Below are positions 36,526 through 45,336 of a DNA stretch of 64,000 nt, piece by piece. Positions within the stretch are counted from its first letter, which is position 1; every line of letters starts with the position of its first letter. Below the pieces are notes generated by a model that had not been told where the DNA came from, searched no databases, and saw only the letters and a program-made list of their open reading frames with translations. The translations under genes were made by a program, and so were the position numbers. Origin of the DNA: a virus; the IMG/VR virus record IMGVR_UViG_3300044490_000250, positions 15,559 to 79,558 of that record. The stretch is one strand, 5' to 3'.

Positions 36526-37296
36526 CTAGACCCACAGGGCCTTCGGGTTGACACGACTCAAACGCCCCCATACCTCGAAGCGACCGATGTCAAACGGGCC
36601 GCCTGGGCTGTCCTGGGGCACCAACCTCTTCGCTCCACGGACGAAGCACTCATCCAGCTCTCCGCCGCAGCGGGAGTCCTCTTCGATCTGGTTGAGCACC
36701 GACTGGAAGTCCGTAACGAAGCCTTCCACCAAGTCCTCATGCGGGACACGCAGACGGTAGTAGTGCCCCTCCCAGATGTAGTAGTACGACCAGTTGCCGG
36801 CGCCATCGTGGTCGTGCCGCACCTCCGGCGCGTTGAACCACACCGCCGGAAACTTGAGCGTCCCAGGGTCGGCCGCCGGTAGCGTCTGGTCGTGCTGCAC
36901 CACCTTCAAGTCCTCCACTGCCGCCGGCAGCACCTGCCACGTCACGTAGGCCCCTCGATCCACGGTGTACTCCAGCGACGCCGGCTCAGTCAACGTGAGG
37001 TTCAGCGGCCAAGCGTGCACCTCTTCGATCTCTACGTCCTCCTCGTGGTCCACCGACAGCCCGTCCGCTGACGGCTCCACGAGTTTGAGGTTCAAGCTGT
37101 TGCCGCGAAACATCCCAGTGCCCTGCAGCCCGTCGTTGGTCACCTCGTTCGTGGGGCGCCCCACTGGGATCGTCAGCCCGCCGGTGTAGTCAGACTTCAG
37201 CAGCACCCGCCCCTGCACCAGCGCCCTCAACGCCTTCATCGGGCCCACCAGCGCCCAGGTCGTCTGAAACTGCACGCCCGCCAGATCGTCGCTCAT
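36526..37296 (-). CDS. tail terminator-like protein
   Basis: Position before the tube gene; KFPAVWF motif. Confidence 0.55.
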   Translation of the reverse strand: MSDDLAGVQFQTTWALVGPMKALRALVQGRVLLKSDYTGGLTIPVGRPTNEVTNDGLQGTGMFRGNSLNLKLVEPSADGLSVDHEEDVEIEEVHAWPLNLTLTEPASLEYTVDRGAYVTWQVLPAAVEDLKVVQHDQTLPAADPGTLKFPAVWFNAPEVRHDHDGAGNWSYYYIWEGHYYRLRVPHEDLVEGFVTDFQSVLNQIEEDSRCGGELDECFVRGAKRLVPQDSPGGPFDIGRFEVWGRLSRVNPKALWV

Positions 37297-37874
37297 GTAG
37301 GCCACCACCCCGGCTGCTGACGCACCCGCACCTGGAGCGGCCCGTGCCACCCCTGGGGGCGCACGGTCGTCTCGGCCAGCCACAGCGTCTTGCACTCCAC
37401 GAGCGTGTCCTCCGCAGCCGCAACCTCCAACGCCTGATCGGCGTACAGCCCCAGCACATCGTCCTCCGCGCTGGCTATCCGCACCATCTGCCCGTCCGTG
37501 TCCAGCACACACTGGTCGCCGGGCTCAAACCCTACGGAGGTGTCCACCGTCAACGACGTGGCCCCGATAGAGGCACTGGCAGCCAACCGGGCAGTCACCG
37601 TCTCGCGCACGCCGCCAACCGTCCGTAGCTTCCACGTGACAATCGCGTAGCCCCGGTCGACATCCTGCCCCCGCGGGAGCCTCAGGTTCGCCAGCACGAC
37701 GTTCGTGGTCTCGGCAACAAACTGAGTGGCCTCGTCCACTGGCATCAGGCGACATGGGACATCCTCATCAGTCGTAGCTTCGAACGACGACGCACGAAAC
37801 GAGTGCCCCTCGTCCAACCTCTGGATCGGACGGTAGATGCGGCACATCGCGTTTCGGTCGCCGAACCATCCCAT
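37293..37874 (-). CDS. head closure (stopper)-like protein with an inserted beta domain
   Basis: CRIYRP...DVPCRL...LPRGQDV; insert ARLAASASIGATSLTVDTSVGFEPGD. Confidence 0.6.
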   Translation of the reverse strand: MGWFGDRNAMCRIYRPIQRLDEGHSFRASSFEATTDEDVPCRLMPVDEATQFVAETTNVVLANLRLPRGQDVDRGYAIVTWKLRTVGGVRETVTARLAASASIGATSLTVDTSVGFEPGDQCVLDTDGQMVRIASAEDDVLGLYADQALEVAAAEDTLVECKTLWLAETTVRPQGWHGPLQVRVRQQPGWWPT

Positions 37875-38662
37875 CAGGTTGCCAACTCCGGGTCAACCAG
37901 CGCCGCCCTCACACGAGGCGCGCGGTTCTGGCACAGACTCACAGCCGTGGTGTAGCAGTGCCGAACGAACCGGCTGTACCGACTCTCGGTCGCCTTCTGC
38001 GTCACCCGCATGTCGCCCATCTGGATGTTGATGTCCCCGCCTGCGAGATCGTCGTCGGTGTTGCTGTCGAACGCCTCCGCAAACGGGATGATGTAGGCGC
38101 AGACGAACAACGCCGCAGCGGTGGCGATGTTGGCGGGGACCTCTTCGTACCCCCAGGTCATCGTCACCGCCACATTGAGGAACCCATGCGGGAACAGCGG
38201 ACCGCCCCGACGCAAGGTCGGGTAGGCATCGGTGAGTGTCAGCTCCCCGGTGTAGATCAGCCAACCGTCGCCCGTCACGTAGTAGGCATCGTCAGACACC
38301 GTCACGTCATCCACCACCAGCGCGGTGACCTCGATGATCCGCTTCGCCGGTATCCCAAAGTCCTTGAGGTCCAGCCGGTCCGTGCCGGCGCCGTTGATGT
38401 AGAGCGTCTCCTCCTCGTAGTACCCAAACCCCTGCTTGGCCGTCTGCCGCACCTTCTCAGCCGCCACGGGCAACCAGAGATCGATCAGCGCGTTGCGGGC
38501 CGCCTCGTCACCGAGGTTCGCTAGCGGGTCGCCGTCGCCGCCGCCCACCACCGTCCCCCGGTTGATCCCGGCCAGCAACTGCAGCACCGCGTCGCGCGTG
38601 CAGTAGGTCTCATCCTCGTCGACCAGCTGGCTCGCGTGTGTCAGTTTCGGAGTCGCCATCAC
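37874..38662 (-). CDS. head-tail adaptor/connector
   Basis: YCTRDAV..., FPHGFLNVAVTMTWGYEEVPANIATAA. Confidence 0.75.
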   Translation of the reverse strand: MMATPKLTHASQLVDEDETYCTRDAVLQLLAGINRGTVVGGGDGDPLANLGDEAARNALIDLWLPVAAEKVRQTAKQGFGYYEEETLYINGAGTDRLDLKDFGIPAKRIIEVTALVVDDVTVSDDAYYVTGDGWLIYTGELTLTDAYPTLRRGGPLFPHGFLNVAVTMTWGYEEVPANIATAAALFVCAYIIPFAEAFDSNTDDDLAGGDINIQMGDMRVTQKATESRYSRFVRHCYTTAVSLCQNRAPRVRAALVDPELAT

Positions 38663-39285
38663 CGCACCTCAAGCAGCGGACGAACCAGCGTTTGAATGTC
38701 CTGCAGCACCCGCCCCCTCGAACGTGAGGCGTCCACCACCATCACTGACATCGTGGGGCACGCCCGCACCGCATCCAGGTAGCCCTCACGCATCTCTTCC
38801 AAGAACGCCGTCCCTCTCGCTTCCCAGTAGTCTGGGTCGGAGAGCCGCTGCAACGCCGTGCGTCCAGGGCAGTCCAACACCACCGTCAGGTCCGGGAGCA
38901 GGCCGCCGTTCGCTGCGGTCTCCAGCATCTGCACTGCCACGCTCCCCACCCCGCACAGCATCCCCTGGTTCACAAGGTTCGTCAGATGATAGCGGTCCGC
39001 CACAACCGCTGCGCCCCGCGTCAGCGCTGGGCGGATGATCGTGTCTACCATGTACGCCCGGTCGGCCGCGACAGCCAACGCCCGAGCCAGAGGCGGCAAC
39101 GCCCCCGCGATCTCCGCAGAGGCGACCAGACTTCGCAAGTGCGCCCCGGCGGGTGTGGCCTCCGCCGCCGCACGCACATCCACTGTATCGTACCCCAGCT
39201 CAGCCAACCACAATCGCAGAGCCGTACCCTGCGTGGTCTTCCCCGCTCCACAGATGCCTTCCAAGGCTATGAACAAGCCGCTCAT
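38659..39285 (-). CDS. tmk: thymidylate (dTMP) kinase
   Basis: FIALEGICGAGKTTQ, AADRA, VVADRY, PDLTVVLD. Confidence 0.9.
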   Translation of the reverse strand: MSGLFIALEGICGAGKTTQGTALRLWLAELGYDTVDVRAAAEATPAGAHLRSLVASAEIAGALPPLARALAVAADRAYMVDTIIRPALTRGAAVVADRYHLTNLVNQGMLCGVGSVAVQMLETAANGGLLPDLTVVLDCPGRTALQRLSDPDYWEARGTAFLEEMREGYLDAVRACPTMSVMVVDASRSRGRVLQDIQTLVRPLLEVR

Positions 39286-40475
39286 CGCTTCGACTCCAAC
39301 GCGGCGATTACGCTCTCCACCGAAATCGCGTCGAAGCACTTCGCCTTGGTCGCCGCGGTACACCGGTCTCCACGAGACTGACAGCTACGGCACGGACTCG
39401 GACTCTCAAGCACCGTGCAGTGCGGCTGGCCCACCACTCTCAAGTTCGCCGCTACCGGCCCGAAGAGCCCCACCGAAGGCCGCCCCAACGCGTTGGCCAA
39501 GTGCAGAGTTCCGGTGTCCACCGCCAGTACCACGCTACGACTCATCAAACGGATGGCTGTTCGGTAGTCGCAGCCGTTGTAGTTCAACCCCACGTCGTCA
39601 GGCCACCACGGAAGCGGCTCGTTGAACACCCCCACAGGCGTCCAGCCGGCGCTCGCCGCGGCCTGTACCAACGCCCTCGCATGACCGAAGCTGGGCCCGC
39701 GCGTCCAGGTGCTCCCGCTGAGGTCCACACACAACGGGTGGACCACACCCTCCAACTCCGGCACGTCCTCGCTGTGCGGTCGGCACACCATCTGGTAGTC
39801 GCCACCGCACGACACCCCCAGCCCATCCGCGAACTGCTCCATACGGTTGGTCTGAGCACGACGTGGGTGCGCCTCCACCCACAACCGCAAGTCTACGTCG
39901 ACATCGAAGGGGGCTGCATCGTACACGTCCGATGGGGCGTAGACCTGCTCAAACAGCCCCGTGTCTTCCATGAACGGCCGAGTGGCGGTGCTTGTCGCAA
40001 GCGACAGATTGACGTTTGGGTGCTGCTTCCTCAAGGCCCGCACAGCGGCCGTGAGGAACATCAAGTCCCCGCAGCCCCCGTGCCGCTGGATCAACGCCCT
40101 CGCGTTGGGCTCTCGCTGCAACTGCTCATGGAGCGTCACCCGCCGCACTTGGGTTCGCCGCACCAAGTGCAGGAACTCCACCCGGTCCACCCCCAACCAG
40201 CTACCCGGAGACAGCACAAACTCCCGCAGCGTCTGGTCGATCCGAACTCGCACCCGCTCCCGCCGCGAGGTCGAGGTGGTCACATAGTATGCCGGAGCCA
40301 GCTCGCTATCGGTGCGGACGATGATGTTCGCCATCCTGGGGGCCAGGAGCCAGAACAGGTCCGTCTCCGACTCCACATCGGTCCACTCACCACGCCGCAG
40401 TGTAAGCCGGCCCCCTCCCGCTGTGCGAACCGTCAACGTGGTGGCCCCGGTGGTGGTCACCCGGGGTCTCATCAC
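39282..40475 (-). CDS. GT9 heptosyltransferase-like enzyme with N-terminal extension
   Basis: RHGGCGDLMFLTAAVRAL, VLAVDTGTLHLANALGRPSVGLFGP, C-terminal CRSC...C...C. Confidence 0.85.
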   Translation of the reverse strand: MMRPRVTTTGATTLTVRTAGGGRLTLRRGEWTDVESETDLFWLLAPRMANIIVRTDSELAPAYYVTTSTSRRERVRVRIDQTLREFVLSPGSWLGVDRVEFLHLVRRTQVRRVTLHEQLQREPNARALIQRHGGCGDLMFLTAAVRALRKQHPNVNLSLATSTATRPFMEDTGLFEQVYAPSDVYDAAPFDVDVDLRLWVEAHPRRAQTNRMEQFADGLGVSCGGDYQMVCRPHSEDVPELEGVVHPLCVDLSGSTWTRGPSFGHARALVQAAASAGWTPVGVFNEPLPWWPDDVGLNYNGCDYRTAIRLMSRSVVLAVDTGTLHLANALGRPSVGLFGPVAANLRVVGQPHCTVLESPSPCRSCQSRGDRCTAATKAKCFDAISVESVIAALESKR

Positions 40476-40780
40476 ACGCTCTCCTGCGGCCGCTGTCCAC
40501 CCTGCATCGCGTCCACGCGCGCCTTGTACTCCGCCAGCTCAGCGAGCGCCGCTTCAAACCGCGCCTCCAACGTCTGCGGCCGGCCGGTCACGTCGCTGTT
40601 GGGTGCCCCGAAGATCGGGTAGGAATGCCGCCCCCGCTGAACCACCGCATCCTTGAGCGCCGCCCCCACATCATCCGGCACCGCCTTAGACTCGCCCTGC
40701 TTCCAGCGGTATACGGCCCCGCCGACACGCCGCCCATACCCACGCGGCAGCACAGAGTCCTCACGCATACGCAGAACCAT
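40472..40780 (-). CDS. small head-associated protein
   Basis: Directly after the capsid gene; GAGGAG RBS; WKQGESKAVPDDVGAAL motif and C-terminal coil. Confidence 0.65.
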   Translation of the reverse strand: MVLRMREDSVLPRGYGRRVGGAVYRWKQGESKAVPDDVGAALKDAVVQRGRHSYPIFGAPNSDVTGRPQTLEARFEAALAELAEYKARVDAMQGGQRPQESV

Positions 40781-40805
40781 CGCCGTACTCCTCTGATCTG
40801 TGGTT

Positions 40806-40831
40806 CGGCGGGCCCCCTCGGGGGCCCGCCG
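40806..40831. terminator. hairpin after the capsid gene (attenuator or mRNA stabiliser)
   Basis: CGGCGGGCCCC-ctcg-GGGGCCCGCCG; no U-tract on the minus strand. Confidence 0.55.
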
Positions 40832-40840
40832 TTACTCCGC

Positions 40841-41875
40841 TCAGGACACCGCCACAGGATCGACGTTGACCGCCAGCGAGGTCCACTCAGGAACCGCCAG
40901 CATGATGCCAAGCCGACCCACCCAGTGTGCGTGCACGACCTTCCCGTCGCGAGCCCTGACGCCCCGATGGTAGATCATCTCGGGCTTGTAGCCGAGGAAG
41001 AACTCCTCGTCACGCGCCAGCGCCACATAGGTGTACTCGTCCTCCGAGTCCGACAGGCTGTCCACGCCCGCGGCGTCGTCCGGGATGTAAGGCTCAGGGA
41101 GCAGCTTGATGCCGCGATACGCTGGGATGTTCCCATCGATCAGCTGCATGTCGCCGAGCCCAGTCGCCCGCTCCTGGAGGTACTGACACCACGCGTACCA
41201 CACGCGGTACGAGACCAGGAAGTTGTAGCCCTTGGTGTCCCCGCCAATCGGCTGCATCGGCTTCGGCAGCGCCTCGATCAGCGTCTGGAACAGCGCGGGA
41301 CCCACGCCCACACCGGCGTAGTCCGTGAGGTTGCCCTCACCCAGCAGCACACGCCACCCGTCATAGTCCGTAGTCCACGACTCACCGGCAGGCACAGCCC
41401 CACCAGCGGTGTCGGACTTCCACGCCGACTCGGCCAAGTTGTTGGCGATGGTCTTCAGTGCCGCCGCGACGAGGTTCTGCTCCTCCGCGGGACCCTGCAG
41501 ATTATCCATCAGCGCGTACCGCGTCATGTCGAGGTGGGCCTCCCACGCGTACACCGTGAGAGACTTGCTGTCATAGGACGGGACGATGTACTGCGCCGGG
41601 TCCATCTCCTCCAGGTCATCCAAGCCCCACTGGATGGCCACCGCCGGCAGCGACCGACGACTCACGTCCAGAGACGTGGACCCCATCGCGATACGGTTCG
41701 CCGGAGGAATCCTCCGCATCACACCGTTCGCGGTGTAGTCCAACACCAGATCAATGAACGTCTTGACCTGCTCCGTACCCCACTCCTGAGAACCATCCCC
41801 CGTTGCGAGATTGAACAGCTCGCTCGAAGACGGCTCAGGGTACGTCCCTGCCACTTCCTGCAGCTCCGGGTCCAT
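40841..41875 (-). CDS. major capsid protein (HK97 fold)
   Basis: AGGAGG RBS; EQVKTFIDLV, ALMDNLQG, YDGW, LQERATGLGD, YRGIKL; follows the protease/scaffold. Confidence 0.85.
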   Translation of the reverse strand: MDPELQEVAGTYPEPSSSELFNLATGDGSQEWGTEQVKTFIDLVLDYTANGVMRRIPPANRIAMGSTSLDVSRRSLPAVAIQWGLDDLEEMDPAQYIVPSYDSKSLTVYAWEAHLDMTRYALMDNLQGPAEEQNLVAAALKTIANNLAESAWKSDTAGGAVPAGESWTTDYDGWRVLLGEGNLTDYAGVGVGPALFQTLIEALPKPMQPIGGDTKGYNFLVSYRVWYAWCQYLQERATGLGDMQLIDGNIPAYRGIKLLPEPYIPDDAAGVDSLSDSEDEYTYVALARDEEFFLGYKPEMIYHRGVRARDGKVVHAHWVGRLGIMLAVPEWTSLAVNVDPVAVS

Positions 41876-41948
41876 GCGTGGAACCCTCCTAAACTCGGCC
41901 GGGTGGCCGTGTGTTGGGACGCGCCTGTTGTCAGCGCGCAGCGTGGGC

Positions 41949-42428
41949 TTACCGACCGAAGATGCTGCGCGTCACCTGACTCAACGGCGTGCCCTTATCT
42001 TCCGGCGCCCCGCCCGGCACGACGGGCTTAACCGGATGCTGGCCCACAACGGGAACCGTGCCCTTGAGGCTCTCAATTGTGGCGTCCAGTGCGGCCACCT
42101 GCTCGACCAACGACGCGACCCGCGCCTCCAGCTCGGACGGCGCGGCCTCCACTGCAGCCTCCGTCTCGACCTCGGCCTCAGCCTCGGCCTCCACAGTCGG
42201 CTCGGCTTCCACCTCAGCCTCCGGCTCCTCCGGCTTGATGTCCGCCCGCAGCTTCTCGTACAGCCCGTCAACGATGGCTTGGCGGTCCTCGTCGGACATC
42301 GCCGCAACCGTCGACCCGATGGCTGCCTCTCCCACAACTACCTCGGCCGCCGCAACATCGCCGGAAAACACCGACGCGACCGCGGCGAGGGCCCGCTGGA
42401 ACAGCCCAGCCTTCTCCTTCTCGTCCAT
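41949..42428 (-). CDS. nested in-frame scaffold protein (internal start)
   Basis: AAGGGGAGGA RBS before ATG-GAC-GAG-AAG (MDEKEKAGLF), analogous to lambda C/Nu3. Confidence 0.55.
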   Translation of the reverse strand: MDEKEKAGLFQRALAAVASVFSGDVAAAEVVVGEAAIGSTVAAMSDEDRQAIVDGLYEKLRADIKPEEPEAEVEAEPTVEAEAEAEVETEAAVEAAPSELEARVASLVEQVAALDATIESLKGTVPVVGQHPVKPVVPGGAPEDKGTPLSQVTRSIFGR

Positions 42429-43439
42429 GAGAGGTTCCTCCCCTTGGGGTGTGGCGCCGGCGACCGGCGCTTCGGTCTCCACGGCGGCCTGAGCGGCAAG
42501 CGGCGAGGCTTGCGTGTCCGACCACCCAAGCAGCACGGAATACGGACGAACCAGGGTGTACACCTTCTTCCCCTGCGTGATCTTCACGGGGGTGCCTTCC
42601 TGCGTCCAAACCACCGTCGAACCCTTCTGGAACGGCGCGTCCTTCGGGGCGGCGACAACAACCCCCACCCCGCCCGACGCCTTGAACTTCACCTCGGACG
42701 CGTAGCCGCTCGTCGCAGGTGACACCTTCACGCCAGAGCCGGCATCCTGCAGGACGTAGGCACGCAAGTCCACCGCTTCGCTTGGCGCAGCCTCGCCCTC
42801 CCCCTGGAGAATCGACGCCGCCAAGTCCTGCTCAGCCTGCGTGATCTCGGACTCCACATCCTCCCGCAGCGCAGCCTCAGCGGCCGCCACCGCCTGCTCC
42901 ATGCCGCCCCACGCCACGCTCGTGTCCGTCCAGGCCGCCACGTCGCTGGGCAGCAGCATGATGTTCTTCCAGCGCCAGCCACCGTCAAACTCCACGTACT
43001 CGCCTTGCTCGTCGCTGCCGGCGCGCACCTGATCCTTCGCCACATCCAGCGAGCCCCGGATGCTGCACCCTACCATCGCGCGGTAGTTCGGGTCCGCCTG
43101 GGCGTTCTCCCACAACTGCCGCGCCTTCGGGTCGGTCTTGAGCAGATACGCCTCTGCCACCAAGTCTTCCCCATCCACCCGGCGCGTCTCGCTGAAGCCC
43201 ACTGTGTGCAGCACGTTGACATCGGCCTGCGCGTGGGTGTCCCCCAGCACCAGCCGAACAGGCCCGCCCCCTACCATGCTCTCCAGGCCCTTCGTGGAGA
43301 ACTTCAGGCGCTTCCCATCCGGCGACTTCTCTGGCTTCACCGCCCGTCGCGAGTTCACCGCCCGCAACGTCACGTTCCACTTCTCGTCTCCGCCGTCCGC
43401 GAACTGCACCTCAACCGGGATGGTCAGGTCGTGCGCCAT
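41949..43439 (-). CDS. prohead protease-GroES-like-scaffold fusion
   Basis: N-terminal protease-like region (DTH...VGCSIRG), central Cpn10-like segment, acidic C-terminal scaffold. Confidence 0.7.
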   Translation of the reverse strand: MAHDLTIPVEVQFADGGDEKWNVTLRAVNSRRAVKPEKSPDGKRLKFSTKGLESMVGGGPVRLVLGDTHAQADVNVLHTVGFSETRRVDGEDLVAEAYLLKTDPKARQLWENAQADPNYRAMVGCSIRGSLDVAKDQVRAGSDEQGEYVEFDGGWRWKNIMLLPSDVAAWTDTSVAWGGMEQAVAAAEAALREDVESEITQAEQDLAASILQGEGEAAPSEAVDLRAYVLQDAGSGVKVSPATSGYASEVKFKASGGVGVVVAAPKDAPFQKGSTVVWTQEGTPVKITQGKKVYTLVRPYSVLLGWSDTQASPLAAQAAVETEAPVAGATPQGEEPLMDEKEKAGLFQRALAAVASVFSGDVAAAEVVVGEAAIGSTVAAMSDEDRQAIVDGLYEKLRADIKPEEPEAEVEAEPTVEAEAEAEVETEAAVEAAPSELEARVASLVEQVAALDATIESLKGTVPVVGQHPVKPVVPGGAPEDKGTPLSQVTRSIFGR

Positions 43440-45130
43440 TAGCTCCCTCCTGGCGTCAACACAGGCGACGCTCCGCGCGCTGGGGTCTTCGCCCCACCGC
43501 CCGGTAGCAAGTCACCCTTGGGCTCGTTGGTCACGGTGCGCTGCCCGATCTGCCGCAGTAGATCGATGAGGACCACGCCCGTGCCCTGGATCGTCAAGAA
43601 GAGGTCGTCGGCGCCGCTCTGCGCGCGCAGGCCCAGCTCCCGCCGAACCTCGTTGATGCTGATGACGCCCCGCAGCAAAAGCCGCTCCCACATCTGCACG
43701 CGGGTCGCAAGGTCCTCCGCCTCCACAGGGCGCCACGCGATCTTCCAGTCGGTGATGCCCATGTGCTCGCGGAGCACCCGGTTCCAAAAGGCCGCCAACC
43801 ACTCGCGCAGCGGCTGGACCACCCCAGCCATGAAGATGCGAACGGCTTCCTTGAGCACGCCCTCGCTGCTCGCCGCGTCCTGGTTCACGTAGCTGTACGG
43901 CACCCGCAACACCGCGAAGACGCGCCGCCCGCTCTTGCCCTGCAGCTCCAGGAAGTGCCCCTCGTGCTGCCGCTCCGATTCCAGCTTGTGTATCTGCACG
44001 TCCACGTCCTGGCCCACTTCCAACAGCAGCGTCTTGTGGGCCGCGCTCGCCCCAGCCCCCCGGCGAGCCAGCGTATCCTGGATGACCTTCATCCCCTCGT
44101 CGCCGACCCCCTCGCCCTGCGTCACGATCGCCAGCGGGGGCACCGTGTTGTTGTCGAAAAACGCCCGGTTGTAGCGGCCGATGCTACGAATCAGCACATG
44201 ATCCAGCAACGCCGGCAGCAGCGGGGGGCGGCCGTAGTAGTCATTGAGTGGGTCCTGGAACGCCAGGAACCCAACCTCCGGGATGCTCTGCACATCCAGC
44301 TCATCCGCTACAGTGGTCGCCGCGGCCACCGCTTCGCCGTGGGCATCCACCCAACCCACGTCGAACCCACTCAGGCCGTCCACGCCAGCCGTGTACGCAG
44401 CCACATCATTCGGCGAACGATGAGGGTCACGCGGCTTGAGAGCCAGCACCACGTCCAAGTCCAACTTCTGCCCCGCGTGCACGATCGAGACACCCTGTGA
44501 AACCGCTACCTCGTCCGCACCGATGTACCGATACGGCTCGTACTTCTGCCCACTGACCCGGTAAAAGAGCCTCGGGTCCTCCGCCCGCCGCATGTACGCC
44601 GACGAGAGGTAGCTGGCGGAGGACACCGGCTGGCCAGACCCAGGCCGACCAAACGCTGGGTACGCCTGTCCCGTCACTAGCACGTCCCGCATCAAGGCGA
44701 AGTTGAGACTGGAGAAGGTCACCGACAGATCGAAGTTCGGCGCGTCCAGAAACGCCTTCAGTCGCGCCCGCTGCTTCAAGTCCGGAGTGGAGATCGGCTG
44801 GTAGTCCTCGGCCCCAGACGGGCCCAGCGCGTCCGTGGCGTCGGCCGGCTTCACGACGACCCCGCCCCCGACTACCGCCCACGCCAGGGCGTCTACCGCA
44901 GCCGCGATGTCTGGGTCGGAGTTGTAAGCGACAAACAGCTTGGAGGGATCATAGGGAGGTGTTACAATGCGCGCCGACGCCGCGGCCGAGTCCGCCAGCT
45001 GGCGAGTTGCAGCGTCCTGCTGGGAAAGCAGCGACATCCCCGCAAGCTCACGCAGCTGGGGGGGCGGCAGCGCGCCCACATCCAGCACACGGACCGTAGC
45101 CCGGTTGATGGCCTCAAGTTCAGCAGACAA
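43439..45130 (-). CDS. portal protein (PBSX-like)
   Basis: TPPYDP, DVLVTGQAY, DYYGRPP, YNRAFFDNNTVP, FLELQ, GVISINEVRRELGL; start uncertain (TTG at 45130 chosen; ORF open to 45235). Confidence 0.9.
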   Translation of the reverse strand: MSAELEAINRATVRVLDVGALPPPQLRELAGMSLLSQQDAATRQLADSAAASARIVTPPYDPSKLFVAYNSDPDIAAAVDALAWAVVGGGVVVKPADATDALGPSGAEDYQPISTPDLKQRARLKAFLDAPNFDLSVTFSSLNFALMRDVLVTGQAYPAFGRPGSGQPVSSASYLSSAYMRRAEDPRLFYRVSGQKYEPYRYIGADEVAVSQGVSIVHAGQKLDLDVVLALKPRDPHRSPNDVAAYTAGVDGLSGFDVGWVDAHGEAVAAATTVADELDVQSIPEVGFLAFQDPLNDYYGRPPLLPALLDHVLIRSIGRYNRAFFDNNTVPPLAIVTQGEGVGDEGMKVIQDTLARRGAGASAAHKTLLLEVGQDVDVQIHKLESERQHEGHFLELQGKSGRRVFAVLRVPYSYVNQDAASSEGVLKEAVRIFMAGVVQPLREWLAAFWNRVLREHMGITDWKIAWRPVEAEDLATRVQMWERLLLRGVISINEVRRELGLRAQSGADDLFLTIQGTGVVLIDLLRQIGQRTVTNEPKGDLLPGGGAKTPARGASPVLTPGGS

Positions 45131-45336
45131 TGGTGTACACCCTGTCAACGCAGGGGGCTCCGCGGCCTCTTCGCCCCGATGGCATGGACCCACAATATGT
45201 GGCCGCCGGGTCCGTCCAAAGACAAAGCGGCACACTCGTCAGTGCCAGCCTATGCCCTTGCATAGGCGCGGTACTGAGAGTCTACCCGCAGTTCCTGCAG
45301 GCTAACCAGCAGAATCACAAGTTTGGGGCGGGAAAC

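Noticed and set aside
45120-45148. Minus-strand TTGACA upstream of the portal as a sigma70 promoter
   Set aside because: No acceptable -10 at the right spacing, and it lies too close to the probable start codon.
45225-45250. CTGACGAG as a hammerhead ribozyme core
   Set aside because: No correctly placed GAAA/stem III; the bases fit a simple hairpin.
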